The notes beneath the pieces were generated by a model. The model was not told the DNA's origin. It was given only the letters and a program-made list of their open reading frames with translations, and did not search any database. Positions 20,483 through 31,084 of a stretch of DNA of 64,000 nucleotides are shown here, in pieces. Made by a program: the position numbers and the translations under genes. Location of the stretch: the NCBI GenBank assembly GCA_964202905.1, contig CAXNJO010000016.1, positions 1-64,000 on the forward strand, written 5' to 3'. Origin of the DNA: Polyangiales bacterium. GTDB taxonomy: Bacteria; Myxococcota_A; Polyangia; Polyangiales; JADJQN01. Position 1 is the stretch's first letter. Every line of letters begins with the position of its first letter.

Positions 20483-21355
20483 ATGTCGTCGTACCTCGCG
20501 TGCCGGTCGCTCCTCGCCGCGCTTGCCCTCGCACTCTGCCTCGCGGCGTCGCCCACCGGCCGCGCGCACGCGCAGCGCGCGCCGACCGCGAACGAAACCG
20601 CGCTCGCACGGCAGGAGTTCGACGCCGGGATGCGGTCCGCGCGCGACGCCCGCTGGGAGGAGGCGCGCCAGCACTTCGCGCGCTCGCACGAGCTCGCGCC
20701 GCGCCCCGTCACGCTGCTCAACCTGGCGGGCGCGCAGGCGCAGACGGGCCAGCTCGTGGCCGCGACCGAGAGCTACCGGCGCTTCCTCGCGACCGCGACG
20801 GAACGCGACAAGGCGCGCTACCGCGAGGAGGTCGAGCGCGCGCTCACCGCAGCCGACGCGCGCATCGGCCGCGCGGAGTTGCAGGTCACCGGCCTCGGCG
20901 AGTCCGACGCCGTGCAACTCGACGGCGCGCCGATCTCGCGGGCCAGCCTCGCGCTCGCGCTCCCGCTCGATCCGGGCGATCACGTGATCACCGTGCTGCG
21001 TGACGGAGCCGAGGTCGGCCGCACAGCGTTCACGGTCCGCGAGGGTGGCTCGAGCCCTGTGCGCCTCGACGTCCCGCCCCCACCCGTCGCCGCCGTGCCG
21101 AGCCCGGAGGACGCCGCGCGCGGCGTGGCACTCGACTCGCCGCGCGATGGCGCGCCGCCGTCCACGCGCCCCGACACGAATCGCCGCGACGAGGCCGACG
21201 AGGGCGGCGGCCTCCTCAGTTCCCCCTGGTTCTGGCTCGTGACGGGCGTCGTCGTCGCCGGCGCCGCGACGGCCACCGTGCTGCTCGTCACGCAGGACAG
21301 CCCGGCAGATCCCTTCCAGGGGACGCTCATGCCCGGCTCGATCGTCGTCGACTGA
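20483..21355 (+). CDS. TPR + PEGA-like domain membrane protein
   Basis: Signal peptide, TPR-like helices (WEEARQHF...LLNLA...YRRFL), LDPGDHVITV, C-terminal PWFW TM; follows a kinase gene. Confidence 0.75.
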   Translation: MSSYLACRSLLAALALALCLAASPTGRAHAQRAPTANETALARQEFDAGMRSARDARWEEARQHFARSHELAPRPVTLLNLAGAQAQTGQLVAATESYRRFLATATERDKARYREEVERALTAADARIGRAELQVTGLGESDAVQLDGAPISRASLALALPLDPGDHVITVLRDGAEVGRTAFTVREGGSSPVRLDVPPPPVAAVPSPEDAARGVALDSPRDGAPPSTRPDTNRRDEADEGGGLLSSPWFWLVTGVVVAGAATATVLLVTQDSPADPFQGTLMPGSIVVD

Positions 21356-21395
21356 TCGCCGCGCCCGACGAACGCCACGCCTCCGGGCAGGCCCC

Positions 21396-22340
21396 TCAGT
21401 CGCCGCGCTTCTTCGCCGCCGACGCCGCGCGCGCCGCGGTGCGCTGCCGGGCCTCGTGCTTGGCCGCAACGGCCTGCCGGCGCCGCGCGACGACCGAGTC
21501 CGTCGGCTTGCGACCGGGCAGCGGCGCCTGCTCGGCGTGGTGCTCGTCGAACGCGCCCGGCACGACGCCGAGCTCGAAGATCGCGATCTCGCGGCGCCCG
21601 CGTTCGCCCAGCCGCAGCGGCAGCACGGCCGCGCCGATCCCCGCGCCCACGTAGACGGCCCCGTGCGGGGCCTCGCCGGTGCGCCGCGTCCCATAGAGCC
21701 CGTGCACGTAGCGGTGCCCCGCGAGCTTGCCGATCGCGAGTTCGTGCAGCCGCGCGAACGTCACCTGCCCCGCGTGGGTGTGGCCCGAGAGCACGAGCGG
21801 CACGCCGGCCGCCCAGAGCGCGTCGGCCTCCTCCGCGATGTGCGAGAGGCCAAGCATCGGCAGGTCGCGGCGCAGCCCGGCGAGCGCGGCCCGGCGATCG
21901 GCGTGCCCCGTGTACGCGTCGTCGAGGCCGAGGATCTGCAGCCGTTCGCCGCGTACGGTGAGCGTCGTGTGCGCGTTGTCGAGCACCTCCACCCGGGCCC
22001 GCGCGAGCGCGCGCCGCACCTCGGCCGCGCCCGACCAGTAGTCGTGGTTGCCGAGCACGCCGATGACCGGCGCCGCGAAACGACCGACCACGTCCGCGAG
22101 CTCATCCAGGTAGCGCTGGCTGTGGCAGACGAAATCCCCCGTGATGACCACGAGGTCGGGTGACTCCGCGTTCGTCGCCTCGACGGCCGCGTACTGCACC
22201 TTCATCGGTGTCACGCGACCGACGTGGAGATCGGTGAGGTGCGCGACACGGAGCGGACGCGCGCCGAAGCGCTCGACGTACGCGGAGGGCCCCGCGAACC
22301 TCCGCACCTCGAGGCCGAGCGTCGACGGGATGGGAGCCAC
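21396..22340 (-). CDS. Metallophosphoesterase (YkuE-like)
   Basis: DLH, GDF, GNHD, SH, GHTHAGQ motifs. Confidence 0.88.
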   Translation of the reverse strand: MAPIPSTLGLEVRRFAGPSAYVERFGARPLRVAHLTDLHVGRVTPMKVQYAAVEATNAESPDLVVITGDFVCHSQRYLDELADVVGRFAAPVIGVLGNHDYWSGAAEVRRALARARVEVLDNAHTTLTVRGERLQILGLDDAYTGHADRRAALAGLRRDLPMLGLSHIAEEADALWAAGVPLVLSGHTHAGQVTFARLHELAIGKLAGHRYVHGLYGTRRTGEAPHGAVYVGAGIGAAVLPLRLGERGRREIAIFELGVVPGAFDEHHAEQAPLPGRKPTDSVVARRRQAVAAKHEARQRTAARAASAAKKRGD

Positions 22341-22427
22341 CGGCGCAGACTGTAGCGTCGGCGCCGTCGCGCCGCACCCCGCGCCCGGGGCACGCGCCCC
22401 GCCGCGCGCGGGGCCGAGTCGTCGCGG

Positions 22428-25400
22428 CTACGCGCCTTCGCGCAGCAGCGCGACCAGTTCGTCGACGTCGAGGGCTGCGCCCGCGTGCGTCCCCTCGAGC
22501 ACGCCAGCGGCGAGCGCGCGCTTGCGGGCGTGCATCGCGAGGACGCGCTGCTCGATCGTGCCCTGCGACACGAGGCGCACCGCGGTCACCGGGCGCTCCT
22601 GTCCGATGCGATGCGCTCGGTCCGTCGCCTGGTCCTCGACCGCGGGATTCCACCAGGGATCGAGGTGCACGACCCAGTCGGCCGCGGTGAGGTTGAGCCC
22701 GGTGCCGCCCGCCTTGCGCGAGATGAGGAACACGCGCTGCGCGCCCGCCTGCCACGCGGCGACGAGGCGCGCGCGCTCCTTCGCGGGGGTCGAGCCGTCG
22801 AGCCGCAGCGCCTCGATGCCGTGCTCGTCGAGCGCGAGTCCGACCCGATCGAGATACGAGGTGAACTCGCTGAACACGAGCGCGCGCCCGCCGCTGCCGC
22901 GCACATCCTCGAGCACGTCGAGCAGCGCGGCGGTCTTCGAGGAGATGCCCGTCTCGCGGCGCAGCACGAGCGCCGGATCGCACGCGAGCAGCCGCAGGCG
23001 CGTGATCGCGGCGAGCACCGCGAAGCGCGCGCGCCCCTCGAGCGCGCCCGACCGACCGAGCGCCGCGAGCGCGTTGAGGCGCTCAGCCTCGTACACCTTG
23101 CGCTCGCCCTCTGCGAGCTCGACGGGGCGCACCAGCTCGGTGCGCGGGGGCAGCTCCGGCGCGACCTGATCCTTGCGGCGCCGCAGGAGAAAGGGCGCGA
23201 CGAGCCGCGCGAGGGCGGCGCGACGCCCCTCGTCGGCGTGGCGCTCGATCGGGGACGCGTAGCGCGTGCGGAACTGCTCCGCCGAGCCGAGCAGGCCGGG
23301 CGCGAGGACGTCGAAGAGGCTCCACAGCTCGCCGAGGCGGTTCTCGATCGGCGTACCCGTGAGCGCGACGCGGAAGCGCGCGCCGATCGCGCGCACGGCC
23401 ATCGCGCGCTGCGTGCCGGCGTTCTTGATGGCCTGCGCCTCGTCGACGATCAGCGTCGCGAACGCGTCCTGCTCGAGGGCCTCGCGATCGAGGGTCGCGA
23501 CGTCGTAGCTCGCGACGAGCACGTCGCCCGGGCCGAGCCCGACACGCTGCGCGCCGCGCTCGGCGCCACGGTAGGCGAGGACGCGCAGCGAGGGCGCGAA
23601 CCGGGCCGCCTCGTCCACCCAGTTGTCGCAGACGGAGGTCGGCGCGATCACGAGCGCAGGTCCCTCGGCGGCGCGGTGCAGCAACAGCGCGAGCGCCTGC
23701 GGCGTCTTGCCGAGGCCCATGTCGTCCGCGAGGCAGGCGCCGGGCGCCCAGCCCGCGAGCCGCACGAGCCACTCGAAACCCTCGCGCTGGTAGGCGCGCA
23801 GCGCGCCGCCGAAGCCCGCCGGCACAGGCGTCGGCGGCGCCTCGTGGGCGGCCAGATACCGGTCGCGCAGCGCGCCGAACGCGAGATCGCCGACGACGAA
23901 ACGCGCGCCGCCCGCGGCTTCGACGAGCGGCTCGGCCGCGAGCGCGGGGGCCGTCGTGCGGCCGCCGCTCGACGCGGTCAGCTCGGCGAGCCGCTCGAGA
24001 CGCGTGCGCAGCTCGTCCTCGAGCAACACGAATTGATCGCCCTCGACGCGCACGTAGCGCCGCCGCTCACGGACCGCAGCGAGCAGCTCCGCGAGCGCGA
24101 CCACGCGCCCGTCCACGCTCACGCCGCCCGAGAGATCGAGCCAGTCCGCGGCCGTCGCGATGGTGATCGAGAGGGTCGCGGCGCCCACGCGCCCAGCGAA
24201 CGCGCGACGCTCGCCGCGCAGCCACTCGACGTCGAGCGCGTCTGCCAGCTCCGGGGCGCCGCGCACGAGCTCGAGCTGCGTGTCGAGCTCGGCGATGCGC
24301 CACACGCCCGCGGCGACGCGATCGCCCTCGCGCAGCCCGAGCTGCACCGCGAGGCGCTCCGCGAGCGCGCGCTCCGCCTCGAGGTCGCGCTCCACGTACA
24401 CGCGCCCCTCGGCGAGAACACCGCGCACGGTCGACTCGCCCTCGCCGGGCACGAGCGCCGCGCCGTCGCCGAGCGGGTCCGCGAGCAGCCGCGCCTCGAG
24501 CAGCTCGCCCTCGAGCCTGAGCCGCAGCGTCAGGCGCGCACGCGGCGCCTGCGCCTGCCCGCGCAGCGAGGGCGGCAGCGCGACCGACACGACGCGAGAG
24601 AGCGTCCGGAGCGCCGCATCGAGCCGCGGCACCGAGGCGAGCGGCACCGTGGTCGCGCCGAGCTGCGCGAGCGTCCGCAACAGGTCTGCGGCGGGCGCCG
24701 CGAGCGGCGCGACGAGGAGTTCCCGGCGCGCGGCCGCGTGCACGACGAGGCACGCACCGCCCACGAAGCAGCCTTCGAGCGCGCGCGCATCGAGCGCCGC
24801 ACCGCCGAGGCGCAGCCCGATCTCCGCGCCCTCCGGCACGTCCGCGACGCGCAGTTCGAGCGTGGCGCGGCGCACGAACAGCGGCGCGTCGGTGGCGTCG
24901 TCGACCACGCGCGGGTGCCCGACGAGCGCGGCCGCGCGGCGCGGGCTCGTCGCGTAGGTGAGCGACTCGGCGTCGAGCAGCGCGTCCTGACCGCCGAGCG
25001 CGTCGACGAAGGCGACGTCCGCGGCGTCGCGCAGGGCGAGCCGCTCGAGATCGCGCACGCGCTCGACGCGCGAGCCCCGCGTCCACTTGTCCGGGACCTT
25101 GCGCCGCTGCACGAAGGTCTGGAACCCCTCGACCTGCGCGCCCCGCGTCCGCACGCGGAAGGCCAGCCGGACACGCGCCGACTCGCCCTCGTCGGCGATC
25201 TCCGCGGCGACTCCGTCGAGCGCGACGAGCAGCCGCTCCCACGCGGGGGCACGAAGCGCGGCGACCGCACGCGCGTGCAGCGGATGCGCGCGATCGTGGA
25301 GAATCTCGAGCGCCACGGCGGTGAGCGCGCCCTCCGCGCGCAGGGCCGAGGCGATGCTCGGCGGCGAGAGGTCGACCCCGAGCACGTCGAGGGCGGAGAA

Positions 25401-25976
25401 CGTCGGCGCGTCCCGCTCGCCGTCGAGAGCGAGCGCGAGCGTCGCGAGCACGCGCTGGCCGCTGCCCGCCGGGTCGATCAGCGCGAGCGCGGGCGTCGCG
25501 TCGTCGAGCTGGATCTCGAGGGTCCCGCGCTCGGGGAGCGCGCGCAGCGCCTCCCGCGGGAGCTGCATCGCCCGCTCGCGGAGAGCCCGCGCGATCCGCG
25601 CGACGGGCACCGGCGCGGGGGCATCCCAGCAGCGCTCGCGGACCTCGAACGCACGCTCCCGGCCGAGGGCCCGGGCCAGCGCGTCGCCGACGGACGCGAG
25701 TGCGGCGCGGCGCCCGTGCGAGACGAGCCCCGTCCCGCCGTCGAACTGGAGCGCCTCGCGCACCGTGACGGCCCGCCCGCGCACATCGGGCCAGTGCCCT
25801 GCGAAGAACCCGCCCACGGGCCGCTCGAGCAGGTCGTCGAGGCCCGCCTGCGAGAGCGCGGGCAGCAGCGCGGCGCCGCGCTCCGGGGCGGGCGCGGGTG
25901 GACGCAGGACGATGCGGTCCGAGGGCGCGGGGGCGCTCGGCAGGCGCCGCACGCGCTCGGGATCGTCGTTTTTCAC
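22428..25976 (-). CDS. SNF2/SWI2 family helicase
   Basis: LRAYQREG, LADDMGLGKT, DEAQAIKN, LTGTPIENRL, GGTGLNLT, WWNPAVEDQATDRAHRIGQ; GTG start inferred. Confidence 0.92.
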   Translation of the reverse strand: MKNDDPERVRRLPSAPAPSDRIVLRPPAPAPERGAALLPALSQAGLDDLLERPVGGFFAGHWPDVRGRAVTVREALQFDGGTGLVSHGRRAALASVGDALARALGRERAFEVRERCWDAPAPVPVARIARALRERAMQLPREALRALPERGTLEIQLDDATPALALIDPAGSGQRVLATLALALDGERDAPTFSALDVLGVDLSPPSIASALRAEGALTAVALEILHDRAHPLHARAVAALRAPAWERLLVALDGVAAEIADEGESARVRLAFRVRTRGAQVEGFQTFVQRRKVPDKWTRGSRVERVRDLERLALRDAADVAFVDALGGQDALLDAESLTYATSPRRAAALVGHPRVVDDATDAPLFVRRATLELRVADVPEGAEIGLRLGGAALDARALEGCFVGGACLVVHAAARRELLVAPLAAPAADLLRTLAQLGATTVPLASVPRLDAALRTLSRVVSVALPPSLRGQAQAPRARLTLRLRLEGELLEARLLADPLGDGAALVPGEGESTVRGVLAEGRVYVERDLEAERALAERLAVQLGLREGDRVAAGVWRIAELDTQLELVRGAPELADALDVEWLRGERRAFAGRVGAATLSITIATAADWLDLSGGVSVDGRVVALAELLAAVRERRRYVRVEGDQFVLLEDELRTRLERLAELTASSGGRTTAPALAAEPLVEAAGGARFVVGDLAFGALRDRYLAAHEAPPTPVPAGFGGALRAYQREGFEWLVRLAGWAPGACLADDMGLGKTPQALALLLHRAAEGPALVIAPTSVCDNWVDEAARFAPSLRVLAYRGAERGAQRVGLGPGDVLVASYDVATLDREALEQDAFATLIVDEAQAIKNAGTQRAMAVRAIGARFRVALTGTPIENRLGELWSLFDVLAPGLLGSAEQFRTRYASPIERHADEGRRAALARLVAPFLLRRRKDQVAPELPPRTELVRPVELAEGERKVYEAERLNALAALGRSGALEGRARFAVLAAITRLRLLACDPALVLRRETGISSKTAALLDVLEDVRGSGGRALVFSEFTSYLDRVGLALDEHGIEALRLDGSTPAKERARLVAAWQAGAQRVFLISRKAGGTGLNLTAADWVVHLDPWWNPAVEDQATDRAHRIGQERPVTAVRLVSQGTIEQRVLAMHARKRALAAGVLEGTHAGAALDVDELVALLREGA

Positions 25977-26114
25977 GGGGCGAAAGCATAGCCCCTGCGC
26001 GCGAAAAGGCAGCCCGCGGCGCGTCGATCGTCCACGACGGCGCGCGCGACGCCCCCGCGTCGTCACCGCACCGCGCTGGATCGCGCCGCGTGTCCGCGTC
26101 ATATCCCGCCTCTC

Positions 26115-27167
26115 ATGACGAGCAACACGCCGCGCCACGTGCAGCCCGCCGAGTGGGCGCCCCACGATTCCGTCTGGCTCGCCTGGCCGAGCCACGCGGA
26201 CCTCTGGCAGGAGGCGCTCCCCGACGCGCGCGCGTCGTTCGTGGCGCTCGCGCGCGGCATCGCGGACCTCGACGGCGCAGGCCGCGCCCGGGGCGAGCGC
26301 CTCGAGGTGCTCGTCCCCGACGCCGCGAACGAATCCGAGGCGCAGGCCGCGCTCTCGGGGCTCCCGGTGCGCCTGCACCGCATCCCCTTCGGCGACATCT
26401 GGATGCGCGACATCGCGCCGATCTTCGTCCACGCGCCGGACGGCTCGGTCGCCCCCGCGCGCTTCCGCTTCAACGGCTGGGGCGGCAAATACGTGTTGCC
26501 GCACGACGCCGACGTCGCCGCGCACGTCGCGCGCGCGTCGGGCCTGCCCACGCTCGTGCACGACTTCGTCCTCGAGGGCGGCTCGGTCGAGGTCGACGGC
26601 GAAGGCACGATCCTCACGAGCGAGCAGTGCCTGCTCAACCCCAACCGCAACCCCACGCTCGACCGCGCCGCCATCGAGCGCGCGCTCTGTGCCTCGCTCG
26701 GCGGCACGAAGGTCCTCTGGGTCACCGAGGGCCTTCGCAACGACCACACCGACGGTCACATCGACACGATCGCGCGCTACGTCGCGCCCGGCGTCGTCGC
26801 CGTCATGGACCCCGCGGGCGACGACGACCCCAACGCCGACGTGCTCCGCCGGATCGCCGCCGAGCTCGAGGGGCAGACGGACGCCGCGGGCCGACGCCTC
26901 CGCGTCGCGCGCATCCCCTCACCGGGCGCCGTGCCCGACGAGGACGGCGAACCGATGCCCGCGAGCCACGTGAATTTCTACATCGCCAACACGACCGTGA
27001 TCGTGCCGACGTACGGCACCGCCACGGCCGCAGCCGCCGTCGCCGCCGTGGGCGCGCTCTTCCCGGGGCGTCGCGCGATCGGCATCGACGCCAAGGCGAT
27101 CCTCGAGGGAGGCGGCGCCTTCCACTGCATCAGCCAGCAGCAGCCCGCAGGAAAGGAGCGCGCGTGA
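26115..27167 (+). CDS. aguA: Agmatine deiminase
   Basis: PAEW, DIWMRD, FNGWGGK, LEGGS, NPNRNP, DHTDGHID, GGGAFHCISQQQP. Confidence 0.95.
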   Translation: MTSNTPRHVQPAEWAPHDSVWLAWPSHADLWQEALPDARASFVALARGIADLDGAGRARGERLEVLVPDAANESEAQAALSGLPVRLHRIPFGDIWMRDIAPIFVHAPDGSVAPARFRFNGWGGKYVLPHDADVAAHVARASGLPTLVHDFVLEGGSVEVDGEGTILTSEQCLLNPNRNPTLDRAAIERALCASLGGTKVLWVTEGLRNDHTDGHIDTIARYVAPGVVAVMDPAGDDDPNADVLRRIAAELEGQTDAAGRRLRVARIPSPGAVPDEDGEPMPASHVNFYIANTTVIVPTYGTATAAAAVAAVGALFPGRRAIGIDAKAILEGGGAFHCISQQQPAGKERA

Positions 27168-28060
27168 TGCCCACGAAGCGCGAGGTCACGGTCGCCGTCA
27201 TCCAGTGTCCGCTCGGCGATTCCGTCGCGGAGAACGTCGCCCGCGTCGAGCGCCACGTGCGCGACGCCGCTGCCCGCGGCGCGCAGATCGTCTTGCCGAG
27301 CGAGCTCTTCGAGGGCCCGTATTTCTGCACGCATCAAGAGGAGTCGGAGCTGCTGCGCGCGCGCGCCTTCGAGGGCCACCCGACGATCGCGCGGTTCGCG
27401 GACCTCGCGCGGGAGCTCGGCGTGGTGATCCCGGTCTCGTACTTCGAGCGCGCGGGGCAGGCGACCTACAACAGCCTCGCGGTGATCGACGCGGACGGCG
27501 CGGTCCTCGGCAACTACCGCAAGAGCCACATCCCCGACGGACCGGGGTACATGGAGAAGTTCTACTTCCGGCCGGGTGACACGGGCTTCCGCGTCTGGGA
27601 CACGCGCTTCGGTCGGATCGGCGTCGGCATCTGCTGGGACCAGTGGTACCCCGAGTGCGCGCGGGCGATGATGCTGCGCGGCGCCGAGCTGTTGCTCTAC
27701 CCGACGGCGATCGGCAGCGAGCCGCACGACGGCGCGCTCGACACACGCGACCCGTGGCAGCGCGCCATGATCGGGCACGCGGTGTCCAACGTCGTCCCCG
27801 TCTGCGCGGCGAACCGCATCGGCACCGAGCAGTTCGGCGACGCCCCCCCGCAGTCGTTCTACGGCTCGTCCTTCTGCGCCGATCACCGCGGCGACAAGCG
27901 CGCGGAGCTCGGGCGCACCGAGGAGGGCGCCGCGCTCGCGACCTTCGATCTCGGCTTCACGAACAGCCACCGCGGCGCGTGGGGCTTCTTCCGTGACCGC
28001 CGCACCGACCTCTACGACGTCCTGCTCACCGGCGACGGTCGCACCCCACGGCCCCGCTGA
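27167..28060 (+). CDS. aguB: N-carbamoylputrescine amidase
   Basis: Nitrilase fold: ELF, YRKSHIPDGPGYMEKFYF, GICWDQWYPE, YPTAIGSEP, WGFFRDRR; coupled to aguA. Confidence 0.95.
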   Translation: MPTKREVTVAVIQCPLGDSVAENVARVERHVRDAAARGAQIVLPSELFEGPYFCTHQEESELLRARAFEGHPTIARFADLARELGVVIPVSYFERAGQATYNSLAVIDADGAVLGNYRKSHIPDGPGYMEKFYFRPGDTGFRVWDTRFGRIGVGICWDQWYPECARAMMLRGAELLLYPTAIGSEPHDGALDTRDPWQRAMIGHAVSNVVPVCAANRIGTEQFGDAPPQSFYGSSFCADHRGDKRAELGRTEEGAALATFDLGFTNSHRGAWGFFRDRRTDLYDVLLTGDGRTPRPR

Positions 28061-28134
28061 CGATCTTCGGCCCCCTGATTGTCAAAGGCGGAATCCTCCG
28101 CTAGCTTCGATTGGTTCACGCAAGGAGTGCCTCC

Positions 28135-28488
28135 ATGCAGCTTCGCGGTGCCACCTCCACGGTCTCGGCGATCACGGCGGAATCGATCCGCCTCGACGTC
28201 ACGGCCGACAACGTCGCCAACGTCTCAACCGACGGCTATCGCGCCAAGCGCGTGACCAACGAAGCGACGATCAACGGCGGCATCCGCCCGCGCATCGATC
28301 AGCCGCCGCCGCCCCCGCCCTCCCCGACGACGCTCGAGGCCGATGGCCGCGAGCGCGTGTTGTCGAACGTGAACATTGGCGCGGAGGTCACCTCGCGCGT
28401 GATCGCGCAGCGCTCGTTCGAGGCCAACCTCCAGGTGTTGAAGACGAGCGACGAGATGACGCAGTCGCTCATTCGCACGAAGGCCTGA
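28135..28488 (+). CDS. Small flagellar basal-body rod/hook-domain protein (FlgC/FlgG-like termini)
   Basis: AAGGAG RBS; N-terminal ADNVANVSTDGY and C-terminal SNVNIGAEV...AQRSFEANLQVLKTSDEM. Confidence 0.85.
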   Translation: MQLRGATSTVSAITAESIRLDVTADNVANVSTDGYRAKRVTNEATINGGIRPRIDQPPPPPPSPTTLEADGRERVLSNVNIGAEVTSRVIAQRSFEANLQVLKTSDEMTQSLIRTKA

Positions 28489-28523
28489 CGACCACTCGTC
28501 CCGGCACTTCGGCGACGACCACG

Positions 28524-28609
28524 AGGGCACGCGAGTCGTCTCGCGTGCCCTTCTTCGTGGGGCGCCTCGCGAGTCGTCTCGCGTGCCCTTCTTCGTGGGG
28601 CGCCTCGCG
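28524..28609. terminator. Terminator hairpin partly duplicated as a 38-bp tandem repeat
   Basis: AGGGCACGCGAG-TCGT-CTCGCGTGCCCT-TCTT at 28524-28555; exact 38-bp units start at 28530 and 28568. Confidence 0.7.
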
Positions 28610-28658
28610 CGGGACGCGAAACGTCCGGCTGCGCGACGTGGTCCGGGGCGTGCGGCGA

Positions 28659-30932
28659 TCAGCGCCGCTGCCGGTCGCGCTGCATCGCGGCCCAGGCCGA
28701 CTTGCCCATGTGGTAGGGCTTCGGCCACGCGAGATCGACGCCGAGCTCCGCGGCCGCGTGCAGCGTCCAGTACGGGTCGGCGAGGTGCGGCCGCGCGAGC
28801 ACGCAGAGATCGGCGCGCCCCGCCGCGAGGATGCTGTTCACCTCGTCGGGCGTCGTGATGCCGCCGACGGTCATGGTGCGCACGCGCGCCTCGTTGCGGA
28901 CGAGGTCCGAGAGGTGCGTCATCCAGCAGCGTCCGTAGGGCGGGCGGCCCTCGGGCGTCGTCTGCCCGCTCGAGACGTCGATGACGTCGCAGCCGTGCTC
29001 CGCGAGCGCGCGCGCGAGCACGAGCACCTCGTCCGGCGTGATGCCGCCCTCGATCCAGTCGCTCGCGCTGATGCGCACGGCGAGCGGGCGGTCGCTCGGC
29101 CACGCGTCGCGGACGGCAGCGAAGACCTCGAGCGGGAAGCGCATGCGCGCCTCGATGTCGCCGCCGTATTCGTCGGTGCGGCGGTTGGAGACGGGCGTGA
29201 GGAAGCTCGAGAGCAGATAGCCGTGCGCGAGGTGCACCTCGCAGAGATCGAAGCCCGCGCGCGCGGCGTGCCCCGCGGCCCGCGCGAAATCGGCGACGAC
29301 GCGGTCCATGTCGGCGCGCGTCATCTCGCGCGGCACGGGCGAGTACGGGGCGTACGGCAGCGGCGAGGGCGCGATCACCGGCCACGCGCCTGCGTCGAGC
29401 GGCTCGTCCGGGCGCGCGCACTCCCACGGCACCTTCGTCGAGCCCTTGCGGCCCGCGTGCGCGAGTTGCACGCCGATCTTCGCGCGCGTGTTCCCATGCA
29501 CGAAGTCGACGATGCGCCGCCAGGCCTGCTCGTGCGCGTCGCTCCAGAGGCCCGTGCAGCCCGGCGTGATGCGGCCGTCGGCGGAGACGTCGGTCATCTC
29601 CGTCATCACGAGCCCCGCGCCGCCCATCGCGCGGCTGCCGTAGTGCACCATGTGGAAATCACTCGGGATTCCGTCGACGGCCGAGTACATGCACATCGGC
29701 GACACGACGACGCGGTTCTCGAGGGTCAGGCCACGCAGCGCGAGCGGCGTGAAGAGCGGCGGCACCACGGCGCCCTCGGCGTACACCTCGACCCCCGCCG
29801 TACGCGCGAAGTCGCGATCGACCTCGGCGAGCAGCGCGCCGTCGCGCTGGCGCAGGTTCGCGTGCGTGACGCGGCGGCTGCGCGTGAGCAGCGAGAACGC
29901 GAACTGCGTCGGCTCGAAGGCCTGGTGGTAGCGGCGCACGTTCTCGAACCACTCGAGGCTCTCCTGCGCGGCGCGCTGGATGCGCTCGACCACGGGGCGC
30001 CGCTCGCGCTCGTAGAGCGCCAGCGCGCGCGGCACGTCCGGCTCGGCCGCGAGCGCACCGGCGAGCGCGATGGAGTCCTCGATCGCGAGCTTCGTGCCCG
30101 AGCCGATCGAGAAGTGCGCGGTGTGCGCGGCGTCGCCGAGGAGCACGACGTTCTCGTGGGACCAGCGCTCGTTGCGCACCGTCGTGAACTGCAGCCAGCG
30201 TGAGCGGTTGCCGCGCAGGGTCGCGCCCGCGAGCTCGCGCGAGAAGAGCGCCTCGCAGTACGCGATGCTCTGCGCCTCGTCGGCGGTGTCGAGGCCGGCG
30301 CGGCGCCAGGTCTGCTCGTCCGTCTCGACGATGAAGGTGCTCGTCTCGGTGTCGAACGGATACGCGTGCACCTGGAAGAGCCCGTGCCCGTTCTCGCGGA
30401 AGTAGAACGTGAATTCGGGGAGGCGGCACGACGCGCCGAGCCAGATGTAGCGCGCGGACCGGACGTCGAGGTTCGGGCGGAACACGTCGGGGAACGCCGC
30501 GCGGACGCCGCTGTTCACGCCATCGGCGCCGAGCACGAGGTCCGCGTCGGCGCTCACCGCACGCAGATCCGGGACCTCGGTGGCGAAGCGGAGATCGACA
30601 CCGAGCGCGGCCGCGCGCGCCTGCAGGATCTGCAAGAGCCGCTTGCGCGAGAGGCCGCAGAAGTCGTGGCCCGTCGAGCGCGTGACGACGCCGCGGTCGT
30701 GGGTCGTGATGTCGCTCCACCGGACGAAGGCGCGCTCGATCTCCGCGTAACTCTCGGGATCGGCGTCGCGCAGGTTGCCGAGCGTCTGCTCGCTGAAGAC
30801 GACGCCCCAGCCGAAGGTGTCGTCGGCGCGGTTGCGCTCGTACACGACGACCTCGTGCGAGGGGTCGCGCTTCTTCGCGAGGATGCCGAGGTAGAGGCCC
30901 GCAGGCCCGCCGCCGATCGAGACGATTTTCAC
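28659..30932 (-). CDS. Bifunctional anthraniloyl/salicylyl-CoA monooxygenase - OYE-type reductase (AbmA-like)
   Basis: [34 protein letters not shown], then an OYE domain ([42 protein letters not shown]). Confidence 0.92.
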   Translation of the reverse strand: MKIVSIGGGPAGLYLGILAKKRDPSHEVVVYERNRADDTFGWGVVFSEQTLGNLRDADPESYAEIERAFVRWSDITTHDRGVVTRSTGHDFCGLSRKRLLQILQARAAALGVDLRFATEVPDLRAVSADADLVLGADGVNSGVRAAFPDVFRPNLDVRSARYIWLGASCRLPEFTFYFRENGHGLFQVHAYPFDTETSTFIVETDEQTWRRAGLDTADEAQSIAYCEALFSRELAGATLRGNRSRWLQFTTVRNERWSHENVVLLGDAAHTAHFSIGSGTKLAIEDSIALAGALAAEPDVPRALALYERERRPVVERIQRAAQESLEWFENVRRYHQAFEPTQFAFSLLTRSRRVTHANLRQRDGALLAEVDRDFARTAGVEVYAEGAVVPPLFTPLALRGLTLENRVVVSPMCMYSAVDGIPSDFHMVHYGSRAMGGAGLVMTEMTDVSADGRITPGCTGLWSDAHEQAWRRIVDFVHGNTRAKIGVQLAHAGRKGSTKVPWECARPDEPLDAGAWPVIAPSPLPYAPYSPVPREMTRADMDRVVADFARAAGHAARAGFDLCEVHLAHGYLLSSFLTPVSNRRTDEYGGDIEARMRFPLEVFAAVRDAWPSDRPLAVRISASDWIEGGITPDEVLVLARALAEHGCDVIDVSSGQTTPEGRPPYGRCWMTHLSDLVRNEARVRTMTVGGITTPDEVNSILAAGRADLCVLARPHLADPYWTLHAAAELGVDLAWPKPYHMGKSAWAAMQRDRQRR

Positions 30933-31084
30933 GCCGCGGAGGGGACCACGGCGGCCGCGTCGCGTCCACGCCGCAGCGTGAGCAACGTGGCAGGCGCGCC
31001 GACCGTGCGCGCCACTTCCCTTCACGGCGGTGATCGGTCACTGTCCGCCGCCGCCGCTGCGCGCGCGGTCGAAGGGGAGGGTCC

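Noticed and set aside
22428..25976. SNF2 helicase as part of an anti-phage system
   Set aside because: No methylase, nuclease or other defence partner is adjacent; solitary SNF2 genes are common in myxobacteria
22485..25991. 1168-aa plus-strand ORF, and similar long ORFs at 37194..40142, 40502..43960, 31022..33322 and 11455..13716
   Set aside because: Arg/Ala-rich shadow frames of recognisable genes, expected at this GC content
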